Origin: an uncultured Dehalococcoidales bacterium
Lineage (GTDB): Bacteria; Chloroflexota; Dehalococcoidia; GIF9; AB-539-J10
NCBI GenBank assembly: GCA_964557995.1
Contig: CAZLCQ010000001.1
Location: 1-39,815 of the forward strand
Length of the DNA stretch: 39,815 bases
Reading direction: 5' to 3'
Part shown: positions 1-8,761 of the stretch, one piece after another
Layout of the letters: each line of letters begins with the position of its first letter
Numbering within the stretch: the stretch's first letter is position 1
The notes under the pieces: generated by a model
The model's input: the letters and a program-made list of their open reading frames with translations, nothing else
Databases searched by the model: none
What the model was told of the DNA's origin: nothing
Made by a program: the position numbers and the translations under genes

Positions 1-452
1 TTCTTCTCCAGAACTCTTATTGAAGCCCCATTATCGATATTTGTCTCAGCCTCGATGTGTTTTACCTCAGGCTGCTGCTTTGCCCATTGGACTATGCCAG
101 CTACCATTTCCGTTGCCAGGCCCTGTCCCTCAAACTCCGGAAGGATAGAATAGCCAACCTCAACCATTCCTCGCTTGTCTGGAGGACCCTTAAAACCAAC
201 ACCCCCACAGAGTATCGGATAATCGTTATCAATTCGAACCGCATACCATGTGAGCCAGCCTTGCCATTCGGGGTGTTCCTCATAAAGTGCGTGGAAATAA
301 CCCAGGACGTCTCTAAGATTGTCCGGGGGCCATGTTTCGGGCACCAGAGCTCCCAGGAGCTTCGAGAGCTTTTCTCTACCTTCAAGTTCAGCTGCTGCCA
401 GCGCTTCTGTTCCCGCGACAAGTTTCAATCTGTCTGTTGTCTGAATTATCAT
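1..452 (-). CDS. GNAT family N-acetyltransferase (RimJ/RimL-like); 3' end runs off the window
   Basis: This ORF is absent from the ORF track because it is open to the window edge. My minus-strand translation from ATG 452..450 reads MIIQTTDRLKLVAGTEALAAAELEGREKLSKLLGALVPETWPPDNLRDVLGYFHALYEEHPEWQGWLTWYAVRIDNDYPILCGGVGFKGPPDKRGMVEVGYSILPEFEGQGLATEMVAGIVQWAKQQPEVKHIEAETNIDNGASIRVLEK. It has a GNAT-type acetyl-CoA loop (FEGQGLAT) and the N..S..VLEK tail. It supersedes the listed overlapping ORFs 57..509(+) and 101..421(-). Confidence 0.7.
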   Translation of the reverse strand, partial: MIIQTTDRLKLVAGTEALAAAELEGREKLSKLLGALVPETWPPDNLRDVLGYFHALYEEHPEWQGWLTWYAVRIDNDYPILCGGVGFKGPPDKRGMVEVGYSILPEFEGQGLATEMVAGIVQWAKQQPEVKHIEAETNIDNGASIRVLEK

Positions 453-779
453 CTTGCCCGTACACACAGTCCGATACGATTAGCTACCCCCGCATTGTCT
501 TGTAGCTAACGCAGGAGTTGCAGGAATCTTTGTCTTGTCTATAGCACAAGGTTTGTTCCGTCATACATTATACGTCAATGTGACGAGGGAAGGTGGCTCT
601 GATTCATCTTTCTCGATTCCCCCGAGGCTCGAACTAGACAGGGCGAGTTTCCCCCCAAAACGGATTGCCAAATTGCGGCATCGATGGTGGCGATATACAA
701 TTGCTGTCAACCAGTCAGTTGTTAGTAGACAGCTGCATGAGTGCCATTTCACAGCACTGATACTAGAGAGGGAGGGAAT

Positions 780-1124
780 ATGCAAGAAATAGTGGCTTAT
801 TGTGGTCTTGCTTGTAATGAATGTCCGGCATATGAAGCAACACAAAGAAATGATAATAAGGCCAGGGCTAAGGTTGCCGAAGAATGGAGTAAACAGTTTC
901 AGCACAACTTCAAGGCCGAAGATATCAATTGCAGCGGGTGCCTAGCAGTCGGTGACGTACAGTTTGGTTATTGCAGTATATGCGATATAAGAAAATGTGG
1001 GTCTGACAGAAAAGTATCGAATTGCGCCTACTGTGCAGAGTACCCATGCGACAAGCTGAACGACTTCCACACCAAAGTCGCTGAGGCCAAGGCTAAGTTG
1101 GAATCTGTCAAGAAGAGAGAATAA
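780..1124 (+). CDS. DUF3795-type cysteine-rich protein
   Basis: Inner ATG of ORF 741..1124, preceded by GGGAGGGA. MQEIVAYCGLACNECPAY plus further C..C / CAYCAEYPC clusters are typical of DUF3795. Confidence 0.6.
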   Translation: MQEIVAYCGLACNECPAYEATQRNDNKARAKVAEEWSKQFQHNFKAEDINCSGCLAVGDVQFGYCSICDIRKCGSDRKVSNCAYCAEYPCDKLNDFHTKVAEAKAKLESVKKRE

Positions 1125-1195
1125 CAACGCTGCCCACTCCAACTTTGAGAGGGGCGCTACTGTACTCCAATACCTTCTTCAGCAGCAACGAGAAG

Positions 1196-1756
1196 TCATC
1201 TCGTTGACGCGCGCTTAAGCCGTCTCTTCCACTGCTTTCGGAACTTGTTGACTTTGGGGGAAATCACCACCTGGCAGTATGATTGGTCTGGATGGCGCAA
1301 AAAGTATTCCCGGTGGTAGTCTTCTGCCGGATAGAATTGGTCCAGCGGCACAACCTGTGTCACGATCGGTTTCTTCCATAGGCGGGCTTCATCGAGGTCT
1401 TGGATAACCGCTTCAGCGATAGCTCTCTGCTGATCGTCGTGATAGAAGATGGCGGAACGGTACTGTGTGCCCACATCCGCGCCCTGCCGGTTCAACGTGG
1501 TCGCATCATGTGCGGAGAAGAAAATCTGGAGAATTTCCCGATAGGAGATCTTGCCACGATTGAAGGCCAACTGAAGCGCCTCGGCGTGGCCGGTGGTACC
1601 GGCGCATACCTCCTGATAGGTCGGATTGGTGGTAGTGCCGCCTGTGTAGCCGGAGGTCACATGCTCAACCCCATCCACCTCCCTGAAGATCGCTTCCAGG
1701 CACCAGAAGCAGCCGCCGGCAAGTGTGGCGACTTCTGTTCCGGCACTTTCGGTCAT
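1196..1756 (-). CDS. msrA: peptide-methionine (S)-S-oxide reductase
   Basis: GGCFWC active-site motif and overall MsrA-like sequence. I prefer the inner start MTESAG at 1756 because it forms an ATGA overlap with the msrB stop (1753..1755), which suggests translational coupling. Confidence 0.9.
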   Translation of the reverse strand: MTESAGTEVATLAGGCFWCLEAIFREVDGVEHVTSGYTGGTTTNPTYQEVCAGTTGHAEALQLAFNRGKISYREILQIFFSAHDATTLNRQGADVGTQYRSAIFYHDDQQRAIAEAVIQDLDEARLWKKPIVTQVVPLDQFYPAEDYHREYFLRHPDQSYCQVVISPKVNKFRKQWKRRLKRASTR

Positions 1757-2202
1757 AGCTTGTTCTCTGGAGCGAACTTCAGCGCAATGCCGTCTATGCA
1801 ATAGCGTTTGCCAGTGGGAAGCGGCCCATCATCAAAAACGTGACCGAGATGGGCACCGCACCTGGCGCACAGCACCTCCGTCCGTAGCCTGCCCTCACTT
1901 GTATCAGGTTGCTGTGCCACGTTGAGTGGCGATATTGGTTCATAGTAACTGGGCCAACCCGTCCCTGAATTGAACTTGGTGGAACTGCGAAAGAGGTCAG
2001 TGCCACAACGGACGCAGCGGAAAATGCCAAGCTCGTGGATCTGGTCAAATGTACAGGTGCCCGGAACTTCAGTCCCTTTCCTGGTGGTGATTTCGTACTG
2101 GTCTGCAGTCAATAATTTCTTCCATTCTGCATCTGTTTTCTCTATCTTCTCTACCGTCACCACCTTGTTCTGTTTGGCATCATAAATCCGAACGGTCGCC
2201 AT
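1753..2202 (-). CDS. msrB: peptide-methionine (R)-S-oxide reductase
   Basis: 149 aa with CVRCG and CARCG zinc CxxC pairs and the RYCIDG catalytic region, typical of MsrB. Confidence 0.9.
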   Translation of the reverse strand: MATVRIYDAKQNKVVTVEKIEKTDAEWKKLLTADQYEITTRKGTEVPGTCTFDQIHELGIFRCVRCGTDLFRSSTKFNSGTGWPSYYEPISPLNVAQQPDTSEGRLRTEVLCARCGAHLGHVFDDGPLPTGKRYCIDGIALKFAPENKL

Positions 2203-2234
2203 ATGATCACCTCGTCTGCGGACTTCCTCGAGTC

Positions 2235-2261
2235 ATTATAACACGGCAGACAACGTGTAAA
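2235..2261 (-). promoter_or_regulatory. candidate promoter of msrB-msrA (extended -10)
   Basis: The minus strand reads TTTACA-N15-TATAAT with TGT immediately 5' of the -10 (TGTTATAAT). It lies about 35 nt upstream of the msrB ATG. The spacer is short, so the call relies on the extended -10. Confidence 0.35.
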
Positions 2262-2353
2262 CGCGAAAACCAACAAGTGGCGGGCCCGGGTTGACTCAAC
2301 TCTTTGGTTCCCCAAGCCCGTTACACATTGTGAGGATATGTTCAGTCGCGCCT

Positions 2354-2983
2354 CTACTGTTTGACTGCATATGCGATCATCATGTTGCGCGTCCTGAGTC
2401 CTTCTGCGTAGGTAATGCAGAGGTCCGAGAAGCCAGCTGCTTCAAACATGGCTCGCACATCGGGTTCGCTCCAGGTTTGATGACCAAATCGTTCAATCTC
2501 CTTCGAACGGTCAACTCCATCTTCAGCGTGCCACTCGATACTGATGACTGCTCTGCCGGCAGGGCGTAGCACTCGATAGATTTCTTTCAGTGTGTCAGAA
2601 GGCTTGGACAACCAAGGAAAAACACCCATACATGTAGCGACACTAAACTTGTTGTCTTCCCAGGGGAGCTGCGATGCTTCACCACACACGAATCGCGCGG
2701 TCCCTGCCATCACACGGTTCTTGTTCTTCTTGGTTGCCAGTGCGACCGAAGGCTCAGAAATATCTAAACCGGCAACACTATGGACATGTGAAGCATAGAT
2801 CTTCAAGAAGAAGCCGTTTCCACAGGCAACTTCAAGAAGGTCATCTTCTGGCTTTAGCTCCAGCACTCTGGCCACATTTTCATATATGGGCTTGTGTCCC
2901 CTGTTCATGGACTTGAAATCGAGCCATCGGTCAAATCTTCTAGGCAATAATCGCCGTAATGCTTCTCCTACTGGCAGACTCAT
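2354..2983 (-). CDS. class I SAM-dependent methyltransferase
   Basis: SAM-binding motif I LLEVACGNGFF and a Methyltransf_11-like layout. I chose the inner ATG at 2983 because AAGGAGGTGA lies 6 nt upstream. The track ORF extends to 3034. Confidence 0.75.
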   Translation of the reverse strand: MSLPVGEALRRLLPRRFDRWLDFKSMNRGHKPIYENVARVLELKPEDDLLEVACGNGFFLKIYASHVHSVAGLDISEPSVALATKKNKNRVMAGTARFVCGEASQLPWEDNKFSVATCMGVFPWLSKPSDTLKEIYRVLRPAGRAVISIEWHAEDGVDRSKEIERFGHQTWSEPDVRAMFEAAGFSDLCITYAEGLRTRNMMIAYAVKQ

Positions 2984-3081
2984 TCTTCTCACCTCCTTCT
3001 GTACGACCCTTTGCTCTGCCCTTCGCTCCTGCATGATACTACAAAAGGTCGGATCCCGTCAGGCGTCCGCATCTGAAATTA

Positions 3082-3110
3082 TTGACATCGTATGCGTTGT
3101 AGTCTATCGT
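3082..3110 (+). promoter_or_regulatory. candidate sigma70-type promoter for the PH/SHOCT gene
   Basis: TTGACA (3082..3087)-N17-TATCGT (3105..3110), about 100 nt upstream of ATG 3212. Confidence 0.35.
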
Positions 3111-3211
3111 TAATGCAAAGATGGGAGCGAATGAGGCGAAATAGCCTCAGGGGAAAGGTCGCCCTTTTAAGTAGTCCAATTACTTGTTGTGGCCACTATT
3201 AGGAGGCTCCG

Positions 3212-3718
3212 ATGCACGCAGAAGGCAAGACGATAAGAGTCCCCGGCGCTGTGAAGAAGCTGTTGTTGGCGGACGAACAAGTCTTAGCAATCATAAAGCA
3301 GTCGAGGCTGAAGGCTGCTATCACACCCGACTCCATCATAGTCACCGACCAGAGAATAATCAGGTACTCCCCATCAGCCCTGGGATTGCACAAGGAGATT
3401 GAAGACTACAGATATGAAGATATAGCCAATCTCAAAGTCGATAAGGGGATTCTGTTTGCTACCATCACCGCAAGGCGACGATTCATGAGCCAGGACCTAG
3501 TCCTGGACAAGCTCTTAAAAGATCAGGCGGATTACATCTCCAGGGTCATTCAGGAGAAACTAAGGGGAATGAGTGGCGCAACCACATCCCCAGGCACAAC
3601 CAATCAGCAGACTCCTCCAAGTTCGCCAGAGGATTCTCTTCAGGTCCTGAAGCTCCGCTTTGCCAGAGGGGAAATCACTAAGGAACAATTCGAAGAAATG
3701 AAGAGCACGTTGGAGTAG
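3212..3718 (+). CDS. bacterial PH-domain-like protein with C-terminal SHOCT domain
   Basis: AGGAGG lies 5 nt upstream of the ATG. The N-terminal part (IIVTDQRIIRYSP...YEDIANLKVDKGILFATI) resembles bPH/YdbT-type PH domains. The C-terminus LKLRFARGEITKEQFEEMKSTLE is a SHOCT-like motif. The two are joined by a T/P/S-rich linker. Confidence 0.55.
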   Translation: MHAEGKTIRVPGAVKKLLLADEQVLAIIKQSRLKAAITPDSIIVTDQRIIRYSPSALGLHKEIEDYRYEDIANLKVDKGILFATITARRRFMSQDLVLDKLLKDQADYISRVIQEKLRGMSGATTSPGTTNQQTPPSSPEDSLQVLKLRFARGEITKEQFEEMKSTLE

Positions 3719-3852
3719 ATCTAGCTGATGCCCTGATTGTCCTCTGTCCTGATCTGCTTAGCTATCGAACACTGTTGGCGTGAGAGCGGCGCCGTACAGT
3801 CGCCAGCTTTCTTGGGTCACAATACGACGGAACTTGCCTTTGTCTGCGTGGT

Positions 3853-5706
3853 TCATTGTTTGGCGGTAATGTAGTTGATCACCTCTTGTATTCGTACCGA
3901 TGAACCAACATCTTTGTTGAGCACACATCGTTTTTCACATTCCGTTAATGACGCTTTGCTCAGGCTGTCTCCAGTGAGGAATTGCCTGGCAACCTTTACG
4001 GCCCCTGCGAAATTGCCCACAGTGACCCGTCTCATGATGCCGCGAATATCCCAGGCCGCATTTGTGGAACACTGCGGATTTTCACAATACTGACATCTGG
4101 AGGCTTCACGCATGATTGCCCGCGTTTCTTCCGGATACCCTTCATAGAGGCTCTCTGCCCTAAATGGCTTATCCACCACCCTGACATAATTCTTCATACT
4201 GGGTTGATACCTGAACGGCTCAAGCTTCAGTCTCTTGAGCACTGCGTTTGCAGCACTTATGCCAGATGTGGTCACCGTCGGGGTACCGGTCCCCATCACA
4301 GTAGACTCGCCGCAGCAGAACAGATTATCCCATTCACTTCTGGTATGCAGCCTGTGCAACATGTGCTGGCCCAGCATTTGTTTAGGTCCGGCTACGGCAC
4401 CGCCATTCTTAAGCGTGTATCGTTCTATGGTTCTCGGTGTGGCAACTTCAGCATAGCGTACGCCATCCGTGAATCCAGGAAACCTCTTTTCTAGTACCGC
4501 AATCAACCGCGCTTTCTCCTTCCCCTTCTTGGAAAGATAATCGTCTGTGTCTTCATAATTCCAATCTGCAAATGTCGGCCCGATGGCAACAACAACATGA
4601 CCGTTTTCATCGCATAAGGTCCTGTCGTCGATACTCAGAATATAGGCGGTCACTTCACTTTCATCAAGCAAATCCGGATTTCCCACCAGCATTTCAATTG
4701 GCGCTGTATCTTCCGGAATAACTCGCTTATCTATATGGGCATATAATACAACGCTGGGATGGGTGGGCACTTGATTTGCCGCCCAGTCCATTCTTTGAGC
4801 TGTCAAATGTGTTCTATCGATCAATTTCCCGTACAAATTCCACACTGTCCCCGAATAAACGAGATTGTCTGCATATATATTATTGCCGCTATTCAGTTCT
4901 ACCCCCGAAGGATGATCGCCGTTAAACAGAATTCTTACTACTTCATTCTCAAGTAGCATATCCCCGCCATTTTCTTCTATGGCTTTCTCCAGCTTCCCCG
5001 GTAGAAAAAGCGTGGAACCGGCCGGATAGTAACTTCCTCCGACATGATTATCCACAAACATGACCGCAGCCAGGACGGCTGGAGACTCTTCTACCGTGGC
5101 ATAACAGTAAGTGGAGGTAAGCTTATCGAAGAACTTAAATATCTCTGGATCGGAAAAATATTCATTCAACAAGTCCTTTGCACTCTTATCAAGATAGCTC
5201 AGGAACCGAGCATAGGACTCTGGATGCCGTAAGAAGCCTTTTGATGATTCGTCTGGATCCGTTTCATCGGGGGTGGTATAACTCGGGCTCTCCACCATCA
5301 CATGTCTGTACATTGTCTCAAGGTCATGATAGAACCTCTTTATACTTTCCCTTTCAGAGGGGAACACTTCCGCCAGTTCCTCAGCAAACATCTCAACATC
5401 TGCCCAGAATCTTATTCTCCTACCCTTGAAATTCACGCAGTACAGCAAACCATGCTTAATAACGTCGATCGGCTCCTCCAGGCAGTTGAAGACAAAGCGA
5501 TGAGCATTGAATCCCTGCTCTCCAAAGCCATAGAGCATGGCAGCCCCCTGGTCAAAGATAATGTTGTTTCGTTTGAAGATCCCACAGGAACCGCCCGGCT
5601 CGTAGTTCTTATCAACCACGGCCACACGCAGGCCTCTCTTAGCAAGCAGACTGGCAGCGGCTAAGCCGGATAACCCTGCGCCGATTACTACTACATCGTA
5701 TCGCAT
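3853..5706 (-). CDS. FAD-dependent oxidoreductase of the phytoene desaturase (CrtI/CrtN/CrtP/CrtD) family with a C-terminal GltD-like Cys-rich extension
   Basis: The inner start MRYDVVVIGAGLSGLAAASLLAKRGLRVAVVDKN (GxGxxG dinucleotide fold) is preceded by GAGGAG. The C-proximal GESTVMGTGTPTVTTSG matches the family's FAD-contact end. The last ~85 aa (RCQYCENPQCS...ECEKRCVLNK) are extra. Confidence 0.7.
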   Translation of the reverse strand: MRYDVVVIGAGLSGLAAASLLAKRGLRVAVVDKNYEPGGSCGIFKRNNIIFDQGAAMLYGFGEQGFNAHRFVFNCLEEPIDVIKHGLLYCVNFKGRRIRFWADVEMFAEELAEVFPSERESIKRFYHDLETMYRHVMVESPSYTTPDETDPDESSKGFLRHPESYARFLSYLDKSAKDLLNEYFSDPEIFKFFDKLTSTYCYATVEESPAVLAAVMFVDNHVGGSYYPAGSTLFLPGKLEKAIEENGGDMLLENEVVRILFNGDHPSGVELNSGNNIYADNLVYSGTVWNLYGKLIDRTHLTAQRMDWAANQVPTHPSVVLYAHIDKRVIPEDTAPIEMLVGNPDLLDESEVTAYILSIDDRTLCDENGHVVVAIGPTFADWNYEDTDDYLSKKGKEKARLIAVLEKRFPGFTDGVRYAEVATPRTIERYTLKNGGAVAGPKQMLGQHMLHRLHTRSEWDNLFCCGESTVMGTGTPTVTTSGISAANAVLKRLKLEPFRYQPSMKNYVRVVDKPFRAESLYEGYPEETRAIMREASRCQYCENPQCSTNAAWDIRGIMRRVTVGNFAGAVKVARQFLTGDSLSKASLTECEKRCVLNKDVGSSVRIQEVINYITAKQ

Positions 5707-5895
5707 GATATATCTCCTCAAAAAATGTGGCGGGAGCTCCTGCTCTTTATCAATTGTCGCCCGCAAAAAACTTCATCTAATTGTATCAGAAGCCGTTCAA
5801 ACAGCAGTACAACCATGGTTTGACGCGAAATACAGCAATCTGCGCAGAATTGGTATTAGTGCGCGCAAATGAATCTTTATACCCGGGTCCCGTCC

Positions 5896-6381
5896 TCAAT
5901 CTCGATTGTATCTCTCATACATTCTTTCCAGTCTCATCCTGTTATAGCGCTGGGCGATAATGCAGGGCATATTGGTCGCAAGCCCGTAAGCCACCATGAT
6001 CAGCCCAATCCACCATTCGTTCCAGACGAAGAAGATGAGCGCAAAAAGAAGAATGACCCAATGGGTGAACTCGGCCCGACATGTCTCCAAGATATGTCTT
6101 TCTAAATATGCTGCGTCGGCGTTCTCCAAATGCTTCTTCTTGAATCCACCTTTGAATACGGCGACACCGTCTGGCAGAAGCCGCTTCCATTTCTTGACTT
6201 TGAGAGCAGATTTGTAGGTTTTCCCGCCCTTTTCCCAAATCCGCTGCCTGTAGAGCCATGATTGTGGATTGAACAAGTTCGGCCCGATCCTCGGGGTTGA
6301 CATGCCAACGCCCAAGTGTATGACTAGCCAAACCGTAATATTGATGACTATTGCCCACGGACCAGACAGATGAAAGATCAT
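5896..6381 (-). CDS. crtO: CrtO-like membrane acyltransferase (glycosyl-4,4'-diaponeurosporenoate acyltransferase family)
   Basis: 161 aa. The segment ETCRAEFTHWVILLF...NMPCIIAQRYNRMRL closely parallels what I recall of S. aureus CrtO (ETKRAELIHWISILP...NVPIIIVQRYNRPRL). ATGA start/stop overlap with the upstream GT2 gene. Confidence 0.65.
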   Translation of the reverse strand: MIFHLSGPWAIVINITVWLVIHLGVGMSTPRIGPNLFNPQSWLYRQRIWEKGGKTYKSALKVKKWKRLLPDGVAVFKGGFKKKHLENADAAYLERHILETCRAEFTHWVILLFALIFFVWNEWWIGLIMVAYGLATNMPCIIAQRYNRMRLERMYERYNRD

Positions 6382-7547
6382 GGCGCTTGCGCTTTGTCTT
6401 TCAGGCTAATTGCTATGCCCTTCCATCTAACGCTTCTCCTGATGGAAATCAGAAAAATCGAGCGAAAGAAAACCCCTACGAAGAATATTAGCGAAATCGG
6501 GAATAGAAGCGCAGTATAGAACTTGAACGTACCAACTCGGAAGGCCATCCACTGGACCTGAATGGCACAGGCTAGATATGCCAGCGTCCACCACATGATA
6601 GCAGTATTCTGCATGCTCCATACCGCTCCAATTGCTAATACTGTCGCACTTATGCCACTGCCGATCCATGCAATAGTCACCACAAGCAAGGGAATGTGGG
6701 CCATGCGAGCTCCGGAGGCGAAACCCTTGCTCCACCCGTCTACCAGTTCTCTTATGCCGTTAGGATACATACGAAAGGAAATCGTACCCTGCCCGCCATA
6801 GCAGTGAATCGGGAGATTGCACTTCTTTAGTTTCTCTCCGAGGGCAAGATCCTCTACTACCTCGCCTTTCACAGCAATATGACCGCCGCTTTCGAAGTAG
6901 TATTCTTTTCTCATGACGACACATGGACCGAACAGTCCAATCGGCCTGATACGGCTACCCATTACTGTGAAAGGTCCCATTGCGCCCATCATGATTATGT
7001 TGAAGAACACAGAGAGCTGCTCGTAAAGTCTCCTGGTTCTGTGGTATGGCTGTAATGAAACGATACCGTCTGTTTCGAGGTATGTATCTACTATGGCTCT
7101 CAGGCCACCTTTCTCAACACATGTGTCTGCGTCCAGGAAGATGAGTATATCCCCCCTTGCCAGCTGGGCGCCTTGATAGCATGCCCAGGGCTTCCCGACC
7201 CAGCCTTCAGGCAGGGGTGCTGAGTCGAGGACTGTCACTCCTTCTCCCTTGGCGACTTCTTTAGTTTCGTCTTCGCATTGACCGACAACGACGATGATTT
7301 CATCGGGGATATAATCACCATTTCGCAGGGATGTCAGGAGAACAGGTAGTGAGTCTGCCTCATTGCGAGCCGGTATTATTACGGATATGCTCGGACGCCG
7401 CTCCGTGCCTCCCCTGTGGCTCCTTGTGCAGCGTGGAATACGGAACAGGAAGAAGAAACCGAAGAGCCAGAATATGGCTTGGATAACGAAGTAAGTTATG
7501 TCCATGAATGTTTGCCGCTGATTATAGGTGATCGGTATGCCTGGCAC
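6378..7547 (-). CDS. crtQ: CrtQ-like family-2 glycosyltransferase (4,4'-diaponeurosporenoate glycosyltransferase family)
   Basis: [47 protein letters not shown] and VRWKGIAIS match recalled S. aureus CrtQ blocks ([56 protein letters not shown]). The start is uncertain: GTG 7547 or ATG 7505. Confidence 0.65.
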   Translation of the reverse strand: [389 protein letters not shown]

Positions 7548-7820
7548 AAGACTTAATGTAGCGTCAGGGAGTCAGGAAGCCCTGCACTGCCACGCTTCAA
7601 CCAATATTGGCATCATATTCGAACCAGATATCAGGATTGCCGTTTACGATTATAGTATTGACTGGCGATTCCTTAAGCGACACAGTGGGGCAGTCTTTTC
7701 TTGAAGAGTGAATACAAACTGCCTGACTGCGAATTTCATGCAGTGTTGGACAAACATGGGGCTCTAGACATACACTTCATTGGAAGAAGCTTTTCTTCGT
7801 TCAGTATTAAGGAGTAGTAG

Positions 7821-8594
7821 ATGCTGATCGATGCTCACTGTCACCTGGATAGATATAGAGAGAATCTGGCGTATGCATTGGAGCAAATAAGACAGCACAG
7901 AATTTTCACAATCACTAATTCCATGGATCTCCCCTCGTACCAGCAAAACGTGAAGATAGCTGCCACTTCCGACCTCATCTTACCTGTTTTCGGTATCCAT
8001 CCCTGGAATGCTTCCGAGTACGTCGGTTGTCTCGACGATTCGGATGGGCCTATTACTGAGAGTCCCATGATCGGGGAGATTGGCCTGGATTATTACTTCG
8101 TTAACGAAACATCGCGATACGACGACCAGAGGAGAGTATTTGAGCACTTCCTCAGAGCGGCGAGCAGGCAAAGGAAAATTGTCATCGTACACACCAAGGG
8201 CGCGGAAAGCGAAACCCTTCAGCTCTTAGAGAAGTACAACATGGAGCGCGTAGTTATCCACTGGTACTCGGGCCCGTGGCAAGTTCTTGAGGCAATGGTA
8301 GAGCATGGATTCTACTTCACCATTGGAGTTGAAGTGCTGCTTTCACGGCATATCCAGCATATTGCAGAATACTTGCCGGCAGAGTTGATCCTTACAGAAA
8401 CGGACAACCCTGGAGGAAACGAGTCACTCACTGGAAATGTCGGGACCCCAACGCTAGTCAAGGATGTTATCGGAAAGCTGGCAGAAATTAGAGGGACTTC
8501 TGATCAGGTCATCATAACCACGGTGCAGAATAACTTGATCGGGCTTGGAGACAATGATCCCTGGTTAGCACGACTACAAGGCTCTACCGGCTAG
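7821..8594 (+). CDS. TatD family metal-dependent hydrolase
   Basis: MLIDAHCHLD N-terminus, later HxxG/HWYSG and ETDNP motifs. AAGGAG lies upstream of the start. Confidence 0.85.
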   Translation: MLIDAHCHLDRYRENLAYALEQIRQHRIFTITNSMDLPSYQQNVKIAATSDLILPVFGIHPWNASEYVGCLDDSDGPITESPMIGEIGLDYYFVNETSRYDDQRRVFEHFLRAASRQRKIVIVHTKGAESETLQLLEKYNMERVVIHWYSGPWQVLEAMVEHGFYFTIGVEVLLSRHIQHIAEYLPAELILTETDNPGGNESLTGNVGTPTLVKDVIGKLAEIRGTSDQVIITTVQNNLIGLGDNDPWLARLQGSTG

Positions 8595-8761
8595 GGAACA
8601 ACGTTGTTATATAACTCCCTATAGGCAGAGCAGCATAAGTGACCAGTCGTCTTAGCTGAGCGGTGGTGACCAAAGGGAGTGGCCTCGAATGGCGGGGCTT
8701 GTCTTGGGCCTGCAATACGAAGTATAATTGACTACTAATCCCTACAACAAAAAGGGGCAAC

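Noticed and set aside
57-509. Track ORFs 57..509(+) and 101..421(-) at the left edge.
   Set aside because: A third frame on the minus strand, open to the window edge and so not listed, gives a clean GNAT acetyltransferase. The listed ORFs have no recognisable features.
453-779. A 327-nt region with no convincing ORF between the GNAT gene and the DUF3795 gene. It has an 8-bp inverted repeat TTAGCTAC-N14-GTAGCTAA (480..509) and several CGAG/CTCG repeats. I considered a tRNA (TTCGAGCC-like stretch near 630) and a riboswitch.
   Set aside because: No cloverleaf can be drawn because the T-arm and acceptor pairings are absent. I recognised no riboswitch core sequence. Most likely these are divergent promoter regions. 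I kept this only as a note.
8595-8761. A possible T-box or leader upstream of ilvE (GGTGGTGACC resembles part of the T-box core). Also a 12-bp perfect palindrome AACAACGTTGTT (8597..8608) and a candidate promoter TTGTCT-N18-TATAAT (8699..8728).
   Set aside because: The region is too short for a T-box. The candidate promoter lies downstream of the T-box-like sequence, and no specifier stem or terminator/antiterminator pair is evident. The palindrome may be a protein-binding site, but it is a single occurrence.
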